Assembly (NCBI GenBank): GCA_963783575.1
Contig: CAWAOD010000014.1
Coordinates: 224,001-288,000, forward strand
Reading direction: 5' to 3'
Length of the DNA: 64,000 nt
Source of the DNA: an uncultured Spirochaetota bacterium
GTDB taxonomy: Bacteria > Spirochaetota > Brevinematia > Brevinematales > JAOACQ01
This document shows positions 62,364 to 64,000 of this stretch, in pieces (the stretch's first letter is position 1; each line of letters begins with the position of its first letter). The notes under the pieces were generated by a model. The model did not search any database and was not told where the DNA came from. It worked only from the letters and a program-made list of their open reading frames with translations. The position numbers and the translations under genes were made by a program.

Positions 62364-62993
62364 TTATTTTAAATATTTCCTCAGAAGATTATTCTTAAGT
62401 ACAAAAATAATTTCTTCTTTGATAATTTCTTTAGATTTGGTTCCATCAATAATATAAATCATATCTTCTGTTTCTTTCATTTTTAAATAAGACTCTCTGA
62501 TCATATTATGAAATTCAAGATTCTCCTTTTCAATTCTGTCAAGCTCTAGATTTCCAGTTGTTTTCCTTCTAAAACCTATTTCAACGGGGACATCGATTAA
62601 AAATGTTATATCTGGCCTGATACCGTTTATCGCTAATTCATTAGCCATTTTTATATCTTTCAATCCAACATTTCTACCTGCAGCCTGATATGCATATGTT
62701 GAATGATAATATCTGTCACATATTAATATAGCCCCCTTTTCCAAAGCCGGTTTGATGAGTTCATTTGCATGCTGGCTTCTATCGGCAAGAAACAGGAATA
62801 ATTCAGCAATAGGAAATACTGAAGAAGAATTTAATAATAATTTCCTGATATTTATTCCGAGTTCTGTACCTCCCGGTTCTCTTGTCAATATTACATCAAT
62901 ATTGGAATTTTTAAGAAATTGAAAAAGTAAATTGGATTGTGTTGATTTACCGCATCCCTCTATTCCTTCAAAAGTAATAAAAACCCCTTTCAT
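62364..62993 (-). CDS. tmk: Thymidylate kinase
   Basis: FITFEGIEGCGKST, TREPGG, CDRY and DRIE motifs. Confidence 0.95.
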   Translation of the reverse strand: MKGVFITFEGIEGCGKSTQSNLLFQFLKNSNIDVILTREPGGTELGINIRKLLLNSSSVFPIAELFLFLADRSQHANELIKPALEKGAILICDRYYHSTYAYQAAGRNVGLKDIKMANELAINGIRPDITFLIDVPVEIGFRRKTTGNLELDRIEKENLEFHNMIRESYLKMKETEDMIYIIDGTKSKEIIKEEIIFVLKNNLLRKYLK

Positions 62994-63023
62994 TAATACT
63001 CCCTGATTGTTATAAAATAAATA

Positions 63024-64000
63024 CTAACCGATCTTTTTAACCCCATCCCCCGCTTCACAAATATAAAATGAAGCAACAAGATTTGTTTTTTTTGTATAAT
63101 CGGCAGATACTACTGATATGAATTCATCTAATTTATCCTTATGAACAATACTTATGGTACATCCGCCAAAACCTGCACCGGTCATCCTTGTACCGATACA
63201 ACCTTCAAATTTTTTTGCAGCTTCAAAAAGACTATCCAATTCAATTCCCGTCACTTCATAATCATCTCGCAGTGATATATGAGATTTTTCCATTAATTTT
63301 CCGAATTCTTTCAGTCTATTATTTTTCAAATCTTCTGCGGCTTGTTTTACCCTTGCATTTTCAGTAACAACATGCTTCACTCTTTTTTTGATAATAGGAT
63401 TTTCGATATTGTCTTTTAACAACTCAAAATCTTCAATATTTAAGCTGCAAAGATTCGGAATTTTTCTTATTTTATTCAGATCCTTTAATCCCTTATCACA
63501 TTCGGCACGTCTTTCATTATATTTCGAATCCGATAAAGCCCTTTTTTTATTTGTATTGGTTATAACTAATTTATAATCACCCAATTCGAGCGGGATCATA
63601 TTATATTCTAGATTATCACAATTCAGCATAATGGCTTTTCCTTTTTCACCTATAGCCACAGCGAATTGATCCATAATTCCACAATTTACACCGACAAATT
63701 CATTCTCAGCTTTTTGACACAATAGAGCTATATTTTTTTTACTTATGCCAAGATTAAACATTTCCGAAATTCCGAAAGCAAATACAACTTCTAAAGCTGC
63801 TGAAGAAGATAATCCTGCTCCAATCGGTATCTCGCTGAAAAATAATACATCAAAGCCTGCATCGATCTTGTATCCTTTCTCCTTTAACACCTTTATGACG
63901 CCTTTCAGGTAATTAACCCATGATAATTCCTCATTTTTTACCATTTCATCATTAATTCCAGTAACTACAACTTCCTGAAAATCCAGAGATCTTAAACTGA
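63024..64000 (-). CDS. galK: Galactokinase (5' end beyond the window)
   Basis: PIGAGLSSSAA, GVNCGIMDQ, YNERR and RMTGAGFGGC motifs. The frame is open to the window edge. Confidence 0.93.
   Translation of the reverse strand, partial: SLRSLDFQEVVVTGINDEMVKNEELSWVNYLKGVIKVLKEKGYKIDAGFDVLFFSEIPIGAGLSSSAALEVVFAFGISEMFNLGISKKNIALLCQKAENEFVGVNCGIMDQFAVAIGEKGKAIMLNCDNLEYNMIPLELGDYKLVITNTNKKRALSDSKYNERRAECDKGLKDLNKIRKIPNLCSLNIEDFELLKDNIENPIIKKRVKHVVTENARVKQAAEDLKNNRLKEFGKLMEKSHISLRDDYEVTGIELDSLFEAAKKFEGCIGTRMTGAGFGGCTISIVHKDKLDEFISVVSADYTKKTNLVASFYICEAGDGVKKIG

Noticed and set aside
1..64000. CRISPR array, cas genes, transposases or prophage
   Set aside because: No regularly spaced repeats or corresponding protein motifs were seen.

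Overview
This is a gene-dense, AT-rich chromosomal segment of a diderm bacterium, most likely a spirochaete. That placement is inferred from an Hk2-like kinase, a YaaR/DUF327 protein, a JAB-fused DinG, CarD, LptC/LptA and many TPR proteins. It carries mostly housekeeping genes (miaB, queD-folE2, glgA, purF, PFOR, ftsK, nfi, rho, tRNA-Leu, ribD, dnaA, rpmE, xseA, dnaX-ybaB-recR, tmk, galK). The stand-out features are: (1) a ~1,920-aa outer-membrane protein with the motif order of the type IX secretion translocon SprA/Sov, in a lineage not known for a T9SS; (2) an ORF-less, decaying class C group II intron directly behind an intrinsic terminator; (3) a GC-rich cluster of REP-like hairpins, a 19-bp piece of which recurs in frame inside a glycosyltransferase gene; (4) dnaA detached from dnaN, with altered box-reading residues; (5) seven apparent single-base indels, most in short homopolymers. 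The indels split rho, dnaX, dinG, moxR, the kinase and one unannotated secreted-protein gene, and are most likely sequencing errors. No CRISPR array, transposase, integrase or prophage was seen. All family calls come from motif recognition by eye, not database searches.
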